A DNA stretch of 64,000 bases from Amoebidium appalachense (Eukaryota > Protista > Ichthyosporea), in NCBI GenBank assembly GCA_963693365.1, contig CAVNZM010000016.1, positions 6,121,029 to 6,185,028 on the forward strand, read 5' to 3'. The notes below the pieces were generated by a model that searched no databases, was not told the DNA's origin, and worked only from the letters and a program-made list of their open reading frames with translations. The translations under genes and the position numbers were made by a program. Shown piece by piece: positions 14,049 to 25,714 of this stretch. Within the stretch, counting starts at the first letter, position 1. Each line of letters begins with the position of its first letter.

Positions 14049-15517
14049 CCACCACCACCACCACCACCAATCACCCCCTCCTTTGATAGCCACCCGACAC
14101 CCAGCATAACACAACTGGAACACTGGCCCATGTGGTCAGCCACCCCCTCCCCCCCCCCCCCCCCCCCCCCCCCTCCTCCCCCTCCCCTCTCCTCTGGGGG
14201 GCCCACAATCTTTCTATATCTGGCATAAGCACATAAGCACTGGGGCAAAAAGCAGGTGGGATACACACCTGACAGGTTTGGCCTATCGACCACGGCCGAG
14301 TAGACCTGCAGGGACGCATATGCATCAAGGGCAGCGTAGGTGGCCTGCACCTCTGATAGCGGCTCGTGCCAGTTGGAGCATCGAACAAGTGCCGGCTTGG
14401 GCAGCTTCTTGCCTATGACCTGGGCAGTGATGTCGGCCAAGCCCCGGGCCGCAGAGGTGATAGCTGCACGGGCATAGCAGAACCGGCCCAGCTCCAGATA
14501 GCTGGCCACAGGGGTGCCGTAGTCCTTGTTGAGGTGGGCCGAGTCCGTGCCGATCTGCTTGCCCACCTTGATGATGCTGGGGTCCCTAAGCAGCGCAATC
14601 AGCTCGTCCACCAGCCGCGCGGGCGGGCTGTGGTTGGGGCCCATGCGTGCCAAGTGGAAGATGTACACGGCCCGTGCGGTGGCAATCTGCAGCGTGCAAA
14701 CCTTGGACCGCGCCTGGCCCACCCGATAGACCCACTCGCAGTCCAGCCCCACCACGCGGTGCTGCTGCCCCTCCAGGTCGGCACGAATGGCCGCTGTAGC
14801 CACCACCGCCCCCTGGCAGTCGGTGTACACCGGCTTAGGGTAGTTGGCCGGCAGCTCCAGCCCAGGCAGACCGTCCGTCACGCTTACCAGCGCAGCCTCG
14901 TTCAGACGGACGGGGCATTTTGGCCGGGCTAGGGTTGGAAACATGCGCTCAACAAACGCCCGGTCTTGGCAGCACCGATCTGTGTAGAAGAAGGCCGGGC
15001 CCTTGCTGTTGAGCGCCGCCGTGGTGGCAGAGATGCGCTGGATCACGGGCTCAATCTCCTGGTGGCTGCAGTCCCGTGTAAATACCTGCGCCCGGATCTC
15101 TGGGGTGCCGCACTGTGTGAGAGGGCATCTCCGAGCAGCCATGCATGTTCTAGCTTCCCTTACCACATGGCCCTTCACGAGACTTCAGTGCCCACACAAT
15201 CCTTTCCCCCTCCCTCCCCCCAAACCCATGTGCCCACATACTTTCCCCTCCCTCTCCCCCAAAACCCTTCCCCCTCCTTCCCCCCAAACCCATGTGCCCA
15301 CATACTTTCCCCAGGCCTCCCTTTCCCCCAAAATCTTCCCCCCCCCCCTCCCCCCTAAACCCATGTACCTACAATCCTTCCCCCTTCCTCCCCCTAAACC
15401 CTTGTGATCACAATCCTTTCCCCCTCTCTGCCTTCCCCCCAAACCCATGTGCCCACGATCCTTCCCCACTCCCCCCTCCCCCCAAACCATGGGACAGCCC
15501 TCCATATGGCACCTACT

Positions 15518-15550
<33 letters not shown>

Positions 15551-15679
15551 ACCCCGGGCCTCTTGCCCTCTCTACCTTCAACCCCGACGGTGGTGTCCCC
15601 CCCTCCCCCCCCCCCCCCCCCCCCCCCCTGCATCCCTTGCAATCACTGGCCCCTACTCCCATTCTGCTTGGCAGAAGCT

Positions 15680-15726
<47 letters not shown>

Positions 15727-15957
15727 ATTCCCCGCCAAAAGAAAGCTCCACCCCAGCCCACCCCAATCTCTACCCAGCAAAAACACATACACACATATCT
15801 GGAGCTTCCTAGTTTTTGCTCGACAGGGCAAGAATTGTCCCCAAAACCCACATACTACAAACCTCTACTCACAGTGTGCCACCTCATTAAATGTGGAGCC
15901 TAAGAGATTTAAAGGCCCTAGAGGGGGGAGGGGGGGAGGGGGGGAGGGGGGGCGTGT

Positions 15958-15988
<31 letters not shown>

Positions 15989-16416
15989 CGTGTGTGGGGG
16001 GGGGGGGGAGGGGGGGAAGGGGGCCTGGGGGAGAGTGGGGGGAGGGGGGAGAAGAGGAGGGACCACACACCGCCAAGCTCGTTTACACAAGTCCATAGGC
16101 CTCGGTACAGAGGCTCCCCATTGATGCCGGTGAGCTTCCCAATTTGGAAGGTGTGGTCGGCCTTGAGCACGTTGTTTACGGGCTTGAGCTGCGTGTCCAG
16201 GCTCTGGTACTTTGCCGTGCGGTCGCTGAACTCAGTATACACGGCACTCAGGTATTTGCCTGAACCCCAAGTACTGTTAGAACTCCACCACCCTCCCATC
16301 AGGACCATCCCCCCCATTCCCTCTAGTCCCTCGTGTTCATCTCACCTCTCTGTATTTTCGTAAGTCTGTATGGCTTTTCCCATCTCAAAAACGCTACACA
16401 CCCATCTCCGGCCGTT

Positions 16417-16464
<48 letters not shown>

Positions 16465-16643
16465 CCTCCCGGCGCGCGCAAACCCTCCAAGTCATTGCAC
16501 CAACTTTCACCTTCTTTCCCCTTTGTGCCCCATCTGCAGTTTGTCCCCTGCACGTCCGTTTGCCCTTCCCCCCACACCCTCCTGCCACTACTATAATAAC
16601 CATTAAGTACCGCCACCAAGATCCAGTCTACCACCATGTGCCC

Positions 16644-16686
<43 letters not shown>

Positions 16687-16835
16687 CTCTCCACCTCCTT
16701 TCCCCCAACACACACAGACACACATGCGCACACCCACCATCTAATTTCAGGCATAACAGTTCTCCACGATTTCCCAAGCACACTCACTGGTACATGGACC
16801 GTTATGCTTTCACCCCTCTGATGATCCCTCTGCCC

Positions 16836-16869
<34 letters not shown>

Positions 16870-16965
16870 ACCACCACCACCACCACCACCACCACCATGA
16901 CTGATTGCCACCACCACCACCTAATCCATCACCATGTCCCCCTCCCCCCCCCCCCCCCTCCCCCC

Positions 16966-16996
<31 letters not shown>

Positions 16997-18378
16997 GGAC
17001 CCACAAGTACACGCACACTCACAGGCGCACATCCACCACCACACATCCACCACCACCATAATAGAAACTTATTGACCACACTTCCAAAACCCATTTCCAA
17101 GTCCCCCCCCCCCCCCTAAAAAAAAAAATAAAAAATAATAAAACAAAACCCTACCAAGCCAACCCAAAAAATGCCCAAGCACGTGCATACAAAACAATGG
17201 GGACCATTTACACACCCAAAATGCAGTGCACACTTGCCTGAAGGCACATGTCCAGCGTAACCATTTTTGTCACCAAACGCCGAGAACTTAGCCGCCTGCT
17301 CCTCTGGGGGAAGTTCTGTCAGGCGCTGGTCGTGGGGGCGGAAATCGTTACGCTTTTTGAGTTCATACTTGGTCCAATGCAGCGCCCTCGAGTAATACAG
17401 GAGCCGCTGCTCGTCGTATCGCTGCTTGTGGAGCTCCGAGAGGAGGGTGGCAAAGGCGTTTGGGCCCACACCTTTGTCTGCCAGTGCACGCAACAATGTT
17501 ACCACCTTTAGGTCGAGCCCACTGCGGTGGCTAAGGTAGGCCGGAAACTGATCACGCATGAAGAGTGGAAGGCGTTTAATTGTCTGGGGGTTTGTGCCGG
17601 CAAAGTTTTTTTTGCATGTGTCACAAAAGTACCGGGCCGTGATAATGTAGTAGCAGCTGTCAAAGTCGATAACACGCCGTCCTACGGGGTTGCTCATGAA
17701 CCCATTGCGAGAAGTACGGTGTGGGTTGGGGTGGTTGTGGGGGTCCACGTAGTGATCATCGAAGGGGCACGGCACCATGAAACCGGGAGACAACCTTTCC
17801 GGAAGCCAGGCAAAACATCTGGGTTTGTAGAAAGGCGCTGGATCGCCCCCAAATTTAAAGCCTATAATGGGAGGTGGAAGATGCCACCCCACAGGCGTCT
17901 TCTCATCTTTGAGACTCTCTTTCACTGTGTGCAGGTGCGACTTGATTGTTTCGCCCGCCGCGTCAGAAAACTCCTCTCCACCGTCATCCCCGTCCGTATT
18001 ATCTTCTCCCTCTTCCTCCCCTTCATCCTCGTCTACCCGGTACGCATCTGCTGCTGCATTTAGCAAAGGTTCCTCGTCGGGTTGCACCTGTATGTCTGGT
18101 GGGTGTGGAGCAGGGGCCCGATCCATTTCTCTTGGTAACGAATGGACGCTACCTGCCTCAACTACACGGGCCCTTATGTCGGCGGCCTTAGATAGAGGGG
18201 GCTGTTCGGGTTGTACGTTTACGTTTAGTTCCTGCAAAACAGCTTTGTTTGCCGTCCCAAAACCTGCAAAGTTCTGAACAAATGCAGCATCTTTTTTTTT
18301 GCGCCCAGCTCCCTCCCTAGCTCCGCCTGTTTTATGCCCAGGGCGCTGTGTTGTGCCCTTAGGGCAGCCTGGCTTCAT
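10474..18378 (-). CDS. Putative DDE transposase (Mutator/IS256/ISL3-like layout, DUF6729-like N-terminal region) with embedded WRN-like DEDDy 3'-5' exonuclease and C-terminal Cys cluster, ~1,535 aa
   Basis: Phase-consistent exons 18378-17238, 16259-16071, 15099-14269, 13816-13176, 12712-12506 and 12073-10474, with one extra C in the homopolymer at 11513-11522. Motifs in order: GGAREGAGRK; CPF..YFCDTC..FPAYLSHRSGLD; KADHTF; NELGEIR; YTDRCC; exonuclease GLDCEW / KVGKQIGTD / YAALDAY; NDAFH; SDPPG..YRCIRGTNEVEG; CKTC..CPG..C. Confidence 0.8.
15190..15490. repeat. Degenerate minisatellite (CCCCAAACCCATGTGCCCACA..) in intron 2 of the transposase gene
   Basis: About six recurrences of AAACCCATGTG/AAACCCTT separated by C-rich spacers. 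Confidence 0.7.
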
Positions 18379-18693
18379 TTTAAACACTTGGGGCCTGGCC
18401 CCCTGCCCCCCTAGTGCGACTACGTTACCGCAAACATTCCCGTATTCCAGTGTGCTCGGCAATGCTGCTCATGGCCTTCCCGGACTGGTTGTGACCAGTA
18501 AAGAGCGCGCCAATTCCTGACCGCCGCCTACAGCAGTGTATGATCTGTTATCCATATTCGGCAAAAGGGGTCTTGCCCAACCAATGGCTTGAATCCTTGT
18601 AACTTTGCTTTATCCATATAAGGTTAGCTGAACACCCCCCCTCCAATCATACCCCCCCCTTCTCTCTAGTAGTAGCTCCTGGCATGCCGCACC

Positions 18694-20932
18694 CCAGCAG
18701 ACGGTTAAGGGCGGCGGTTTTGCGGGGCATCATGTAAACCTTTTCGTAGGTGGTGGGGAGGGCTGTCATGGTGGCTACCCCCGGGGTGGCCAGGAAACCG
18801 GGGGCACCGTATTCGACGTAGTAGTGGCCACGCTCACCGAGGAAGCCGGGGAGGTCGCGAGCGCCCGTCAGGGGGTGTGCAGAATCGGATTCCTGAGGGT
18901 AAAAAGAGAGAGGGTTAGGTGTTTGTTTTTGATGTGTGTTAGGTGTGTGGCAGGGTGGAAGCTTATTGCGAGAGGGCACCCGTGTTACTAATAGAAGTTA
19001 AACTGTATGAGTGACCAGCATGCAAGTGCTTTGGGGGTCCGGCATAGGATGTGAGGGAAGTCATACTGTGAGGCAATATCTGCAATTTACGATTTGGGGG
19101 TGTGTGTGGGGCCAAATATTTGACGTGGGTGGTGTAGCGCCTGCATGGGGATGCATCGTTCAAACGGGGCACCCGGGTGGAGGGGGGGGGGGGGGGGGGA
19201 AGGGGGGGGGGGGGAATGGCAAAACGAGAGGGGGGAAGGGGGGGGGGGGGGGGGGGGGAAGCGGGAAAAGGGGGAAAAGGGGGGGAAGACTGGGTAGGGG
19301 GGGAGGGGGGAGGGGGGAAGCTCATTTATGAACACACACCTGCAGGCACACGACGTGGGGGTTGTAGCTGTTGATGATGGCCGACTGGCGCTCCAGATTG
19401 GACATGCCCACAGACGCCTGCCCGTCCACGGCCACATAGGCCTCGTAGCCCTCCTGGATGTTCCACGACATCACCGTGAACGTCGTCGGCGTGTCCAGCG
19501 ACCCCCGCGACGCCGCGTACCAACTGCGCATGCGCAAGCCCGGCAGGAACACGGCAAACAGAATCAGGCCCCACACAATGGCCATGGCCTTGGCATATTT
19601 GGTGACGGACACATCCACCTCACCAAGGCCCCCCTCGCTGCGGGTGCGCAGGATGAACCAATCGGAAAGCGGCACAAGGATGGCCATGGGAACAAAGACG
19701 ATCGGAAGAAGGAAGGTGACGTTTCCATGCAGCCAATCGAATATAGCCATGTTCATAGCCATCTTGCCAATGAGCCAGATAAACAGGAGAAAATAGATGA
19801 TGAACATGAAAAAGCCGGTCATGAGCACAAACAGGAAGCGCACACGTGCCCTCAGCGAGTGGAGACCCAGCTTGAGGGCCGTGAGGGCAACAGTCGCCAG
19901 GGTGGGCAGCGACAGAGCCATGAAGAAGCCACCGGCCATAAGCATACCGGCACTACCTGTGCTCACTTCCTGGAATTCCACCGATTTGCCGACGTTGAGG
20001 GAAGCGAGGATGCCGCCCAGCATGGCACAGGCCGAGGCACCAAAGGTGACGTAGTCGCGGCGCGGGGGCTCGAGCATATACCAGGCATACTGGGCCACAG
20101 CGCCAAAAAGGAGCGCAAACACAATCACAATGCCGGCCGGGTAGGAGTTGAGTTTAGCCCATCGAACGATGACGGCATCACTTGTAAACAGCCACGAGTG
20201 AAGGATGAGCACGTCGGCCACACCCCAGGCAGCCATCCACGTGAAGGCAGGTGAGACCTGGTGGTTCTGTTTCTCAATCTTGATGCCGCGAACATGAGAC
20301 GGTGCAGAGTACAACCACGCGACGGAAAGGAAGCCAAAGATGTAAAAACCCCATGCGGCCATCCAGCTCATTTCCAGGTCTACGGCGTTGAGCGAAGAAA
20401 GCGCCCAGCGGGAGGTGACCATGAGGAACATGCCGTTGCCCACACCGAGCATCTCAGTCATGGTGAGGGCACTAAGGAACTGTGCCAAGGCTAAGCCCGT
20501 TCCAAACATGATTGCGATGGTGCGCCAGGTGGGAGAGATTTGGGTCATGGTGGCGTAGAAAACAACGGTGGCAAGGCGGAACACGTTGCGCCATTTCTCG
20601 TCGCGGAGCAGACGCCAGAAGAAGGGAGTGCAGAAGATACACGGGAGGACAACATAGCCAAAGAAAGGGGGGACTACACCCCACAGGGAGAAGCCCAGAT
20701 TCCAGGGATCGAGCATGTGCCAGTAGCCGGTGAACATGTTAGAGCCAATCATGGTCAGGTTCATGAAACCAAGAATGGCAAAGGCAACAGTGTCAACGAC
20801 TACGGTGGCTATGCTTGGGCGGGGGTCAAACATCGCACGGTTTTCGCTTAATGTCTCATCTAAACAGGCCGCCGAAACGGCAATGTCTTGGTTGGTTTCT
20901 GTATCTTCGCGTTTTTTCATTTCTGTATCCAT
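18694..20932 (-). pseudogene. 5' part of the disrupted CWH43/PGAP2IP-like paralog
   Basis: ATG at 20932. Exon 1 (20932-19340) is open and encodes many TM helices, SWNIQEG and CLQ. Exon 2 starts at 18892 (ESDSAHP) and is cut at 18694 after LNRLL. Confidence 0.85.
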
Positions 20933-21076
20933 GTTTACCACACTACTGGGCCACGCTCGTGCGTGTAGAAAACAGTTGGGAACTTGGGGGTAAAAAGGTA
21001 GGCAGAACTGTGAATAGCCTGCCAAGAGAAAAATGAGCAGTTATTTTTGTGGGTTGTGATTGCTTTTTTTTTAACC

Positions 21077-21134
21077 TTATATACCCCGGCTTTCATATTT
21101 TGGACCAATCAAAACGTATAGCCTCGTAACCAAT
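21077..21134 (-). promoter_or_regulatory. Two CCAAT boxes plus TATA-like element upstream of the minus-strand CWH43-like copy
   Basis: CCAAT at 21130-21134 and 21105-21109 and TATATAA(-) at 21083-21077. The spacing is nearly the same as at 22708-22765. Confidence 0.6.
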
Positions 21135-21808
21135 CGCTGACAGCCCTTAGTGATCTTACAATGTTTGTTGTTTATCGCAGTCTGGTACAGCTCAGCTGTA
21201 ACTATACGTATATATACACAGCATAGGTCGAATATGTATTTAGATTGAAAGTATGTGGCCTAAAACATACATACACACGCAGTTTATTTCCATGGTGATA
21301 TGTCAAGGGCTTCGAAAGGCCGGCTCCCGTCACATAAAACTTCGGTACGATTTTTTGCCCATAAATGGCTAGTGCGACAGCCACATATGATTGGTTTTAC
21401 GCGCACCACGTTTATCAAACATATCCAAATTTGGCTATTGTAAGCGCGCGAACTCCGTCTCAGTCATCTCAAAATGGCCTTGCGAAAACAAAGCCTGTAT
21501 TTTTGTTTGTAAAAAAAAATCAAGCATTGCTTCCTAGAATGGATTCTGATATCTCTGGTACCCCAGCTGCAGTGTATCAGGCCTACATACATATGCACGC
21601 AGCGAATTCGAATGCGAATGTCATCACCAGTGCTGACTCATCTGCTGTTTCGAATGTCCGGAACAATTGCAACCTATCTAGCTGGTGAAAACGGACTGAA
21701 GTTACTATTACAATGCATGTGTGTTGCAAAACGATTAAGTATTAGAACAGTACCTCTCCTGGCTCTTTATTTCGAAACAGTGAATATTGAATACTGACGC
21801 AGCAGCTT

Positions 21809-22181
21809 CAGGCCCGAAAATTCAGATCATTGTTCTCGGTATTTTTTCAAGCCCCGGTGTATTTTGGCCCGGGGGATATGGTATTTTTCATACCAAGTCA
21901 GAGAAGGATGAAGGGGGGGTCTGACGGTAACCTACCATGACCGTGCATACTTGCATATCTTTCCGTCGAATAAATCCAGTCAAAAGAAGAAAAAAAAACT
22001 TTTTTTCTTTTGACTGGATTTATTCGACGGAAAGATATGCAAAGTATGCACGGCATACTGAGAAGACAATAAAAAAACTTCACGAGACTTGCGGGGGCCT
22101 ACCATAAACTGAAAATATGATGGTATTTTTGAAAACTTTTGGGTATTTTTTACCGTAAAAACGGGGTTATGGTCGGGCCTG
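21809..22181. mobile_element. MITE-like element with CAGGCCCGA termini and an internal ~110-bp palindrome
   Basis: CAGGCCCGA...TCGGGCCTG ends and a near-perfect hairpin at 21941-22053. No TSD recognised. Confidence 0.6.
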
Positions 22182-22707
22182 CGAAGTTCAGTGAGGCAGT
22201 GACGCTCATCAAGCATATTGTCACTTGTCGCTTTATTTTTATTTCGTATCTTTGGCTTTTTCAGTTTTATTGGTGGTTATGTAGCCTGTGGCTGCACGTT
22301 GCCTTCATCAACGGATCAATAAACCCGAGTCAAAAGAAAATCAAGCATACAACATGACCTTGCTGTAAAATAAAAAGCCACGTTGAGATCCAAGGAATGC
22401 AGATGAATGCACGTTTATGACATCTATTGGTCGATATTTGAAACCTATGCTTTCATTGGCTGGATATCTCAGCTACTCATTGGCCAATGCCGCACCAAGG
22501 AAACCCGTAGCACGCTCCTTTGGTGCTGTTATGTATTTATAGCGGCCTCTTTATTATACACCTTATGTGCTCTATACACGTATATTCAAATCAAATTGCA
22601 ATACTCTGTATAACAACTTGTTGACATAATGGCAAGGCACAGGGAATCGGATATACGAAGTTCAACGAACCGGCGTAATCAACGAACCCTTTAACGCCTT
22701 TTGTTTT

Positions 22708-22765
22708 GATTGGTTAACGAAATGGATAATTATCATTGGTCCGGATCTTGAACGGCGGATATAAA
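22708..22765 (+). promoter_or_regulatory. Two inverted CCAAT boxes plus TATA upstream of the plus-strand CWH43-like copy
   Basis: GATTGG at 22708, ATTGG at 22735 and TATAAA at 22760. Confidence 0.6.
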
Positions 22766-22923
22766 TTTGTTGCTTTTGCTCTAGAGGCGCCAAAAAACAC
22801 TTTTTACCACCCACTTGACAAGACGGTTAGTGGTACGTAGCTTCCATGAGAGGCACTGCTTAGTTTTCCCACTCAGTTTTTTTTTTTTTTTTTTTAACAC
22901 GTATTGGCGTGGTTAACGCCATA

Positions 22924-25714
22924 ATGGATACAGAAATGCGAAAGCGCGTAGATGGAGAAATCAGCCAAGACATCGCCGTCTCGGCGACTTGTCTGAACGA
23001 TGCACAGAGCGAGGATCATGCCTTGTTTGACTGCCGGCCAAGTGTAGCCACCGTAGTAGTTGACACTGTTGCCTTTGCCATTCTTGGTTTCATGAACCTG
23101 ACCATGATTGGCTCTAACATGTTCACTGGCTACTGGCACATGCTTGATCCCTGGAATCTGGGCTTCTCCCTGTGGGGTGTAGTCCCCCCTTTCTTTGGCT
23201 ACGTTGTTCTCCCGTGTATCTTCTGCACTCCCTTCTTCTGGCGTCTGCTCCGCGACGAGAAGTGGCGCAACGTGTTCCGCCTTGCCACGGTTATTTTCTA
23301 CGCCACCATGACCCAGGTTTCTCCCAACTGGCGCACCATGGCAATCATGTTTGGAACGGGCCTGGCCATGGTCCAGTTCCTTAGTGCCCTTACCATGACA
23401 GAGATGCTCGGTGTAGGCAACGGCATGTTCCTCATGGTGACCTCCCGCTGGGCACTTTCTTCCCTAAACGCAGTAGACCTTCAAGTGAACTGGATGGCCG
23501 CGTGGGGTTTTTACATCTTCGGCTTCCTGTCGGTTGCGTGGTTGTACTCGGCCCCGTCGCATGTTCGCGGGATCAAGATTGAGAAGCAGAACCACCAGGT
23601 CGCGCCTGCCTTCACGTGGATGGCTGCCTGGGCTGTGGCCGACGTTCTCATCCTCCACTCGTGGCTGTTTACAAGTGATGCCGTTATCGTTCGGTGGGCC
23701 AAACTCGACTCCTACCCGGCCGGCATTGTAATTGTCTTCGCTCTCCTTTTGGGCGCTGTGGCCCAGTATGCCTGGTATATGCTCGAGCCCCCCGCCGCCA
23801 CTACGTCACCTTCGGTGCCTCGGCCTGCGCCCTGCTGGGTGGCATCCTCGTGTCCTTTAACGTCGGCAAGTCGGTTGAGTTCCAGGAAGTGAGCACGGGT
23901 AGTGCCGGTATGCTTATGGCCGGTGGCTTCTTCATGGCTCTGTCACTGCCCACCCTGGCCACGGTTGCCCTGACGGCCCTCAAGCTGGGTCTCCACTCAC
24001 TGCGGGCACGTGTGCGCTTCCTGTTTGTGCTCATGACCGGCTTCTTCATGTTTATTATCTACGCCTTCCTCTTTATCTGGCTCATTGGCAAGATGGCTAT
24101 GGATATGGCTCTGTTCGACTGGCTGCACGGAAACGTCACCTTCCTTCTTCCGTGCATCTTCGTGCCCATGGTCATCCTCGTGCCGCTTTCCGATTGGTTC
24201 ATCCTGCGCACCCGCAGCGAGGGGGGTCTTGCCGAGGTGGACGTTTCGGTGACGAAATATGCCAAGGCCATGGCCATCGTGTGGGGGCTGATTCTGTTTG
24301 CTGTGTTCCTGCCAGGCCTGCGCATGCGCAGTTGGTATGCGGCCTCGCGGGGGTCGCTAGACACGCCGACGACATTCACGGTGATGTCATGGAACATCCA
24401 GGAGGGCTACGAGGCCTATGTGGCCGTGGACGGGCAGGCGTCTGTGGGCATGTCCAATCTGGAGCGCCAGTCGGCCATCATCAACAGCTACAACCCCCAC
24501 GTTGTGTGCCTGCAGGTGTGTGTTCATAAGTCCCCCCCCCCGTCCCCTCCGCCCCCCTCCCTCCCCCCCCCCCCCGGCCCAATCCCTCCCCTCCCCCCCC
24601 CCCCCCCCCCCCCCCCGCCAACCCCCTCCCCTCCCCCCTTCCCCCGCCACAGCTCCTCCTCCCCGCTTCCCCCCCCCCCCCTTTTTTCAAAATCTTTCTT
24701 GCCAAACCCCCCCCCCCTCCCGTTTCATCCCCATTGGCAGGCTCTGCGCCACCCAACTGATGATGCTCAGATTTGACCCCACACACCCACCCAAATCGTA
24801 GTACGCAGATATTGCCTAATAGTATGACTTTCTCATCCCAGGTTAAGCCCCCTAAGCACATTCATGCAGGTGATTCATACGGTTTAAATACTGTCAGTAA
24901 TAAAGGTGCCCTCTCGCAATAAGCTTCCACCCTGCCACACACCTAACACACATCAAAAACAAACACCCTAACCCTCTCTCTTTTTACCCTCAGGAATCCG
25001 ATTCTGCACACCCCCTGACGGGCGCTCGCGACCTCCCCGGCTTCCTCGGTGAGCGTGGCCACTACTACGTCGAATACGGTGCCCCCCGGTTTCCTGGCCA
25101 CCCCGGGGGTAGCCACCATGACAGCCCTCCCCACCACCTACGAAAAGGTTTACATGATGCCCCGCAAAACCGCCGCCCTTAACCGTCTGCTGGTGCAGGT
25201 TGGGTTCCCGTACTATGACCCCATCGCCTTAAAGACACAGGAGGTGCACGTCTTTAACACCCACACCGAGTGGTTTGACGAGGAAGCACGTGTTGCTCAG
25301 GTCGAATTTATTAAAGAAAAGATTGCAGCCACGAATGGACCCGCCGTGTTCATGGGCGACTTTAACATGAACATGTCCATGCTGGCACCAATTTGGAACC
25401 CCGACCAGAAGGCCGTAATGCTGCCCGTCAACATGACCAACCACCCGGCCGACGAGCAGGGTTTGGACTTTTTCACGGAGATTGTCGGGGACCCCCCAGG
25501 CACCGGCCCCAAGCTTACCCTGGACCACATTTTCTACCGGGATCTCTGTGTGGTGGGCTTCAAGGTGGTGCAGACCTACGGGGCAAGTGACCACCTGCCC
25601 GTCGTTGCCACTTTCTCCACCCACAACCTCACCACTGGAGCACCGTGTACCACTGGGCCGATTACGTGGGACAAGATTAACAACCCACCCAAGGTGGACC
25701 GCACACTTCTTTAA
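22924..25714 (+). CDS. CWH43: CWH43/PGAP2-interacting-protein-like multi-pass membrane protein with C-terminal EEP (DNase I-like) domain
   Basis: Exons 22924-24515 and 24994-25714. Many TM segments are followed by SWNIQEG, CLQ|ESD..GARDL, GDFN, LDHIF and SDHLPV. Two 1-bp frameshifts relative to the paralog both lie in C-runs (~23790, ~25085) and are probably sequencing errors. The family call comes from recalled motif similarity. Confidence 0.7.

Larger units (their letters stand above)
7675..18693. mobile_element. ~11-kb, probably composite insertion interrupting the CWH43-like gene and carrying a transposase-exonuclease gene
   Basis: Both flanks match one continuous exon of the paralog at 24994-25714, with 51 bp of target missing. 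The left end begins CAGGCCCG (7673), like the MITE termini at 21809 and 22181. Confidence 0.85.

Noticed and set aside
23785-25090. Pseudogenisation or programmed frameshifting of the plus-strand CWH43-like gene (and at 11513-11522 in the transposase)
   Set aside because: All the shifts are single-base changes in C-runs, typical of long-read homopolymer error.
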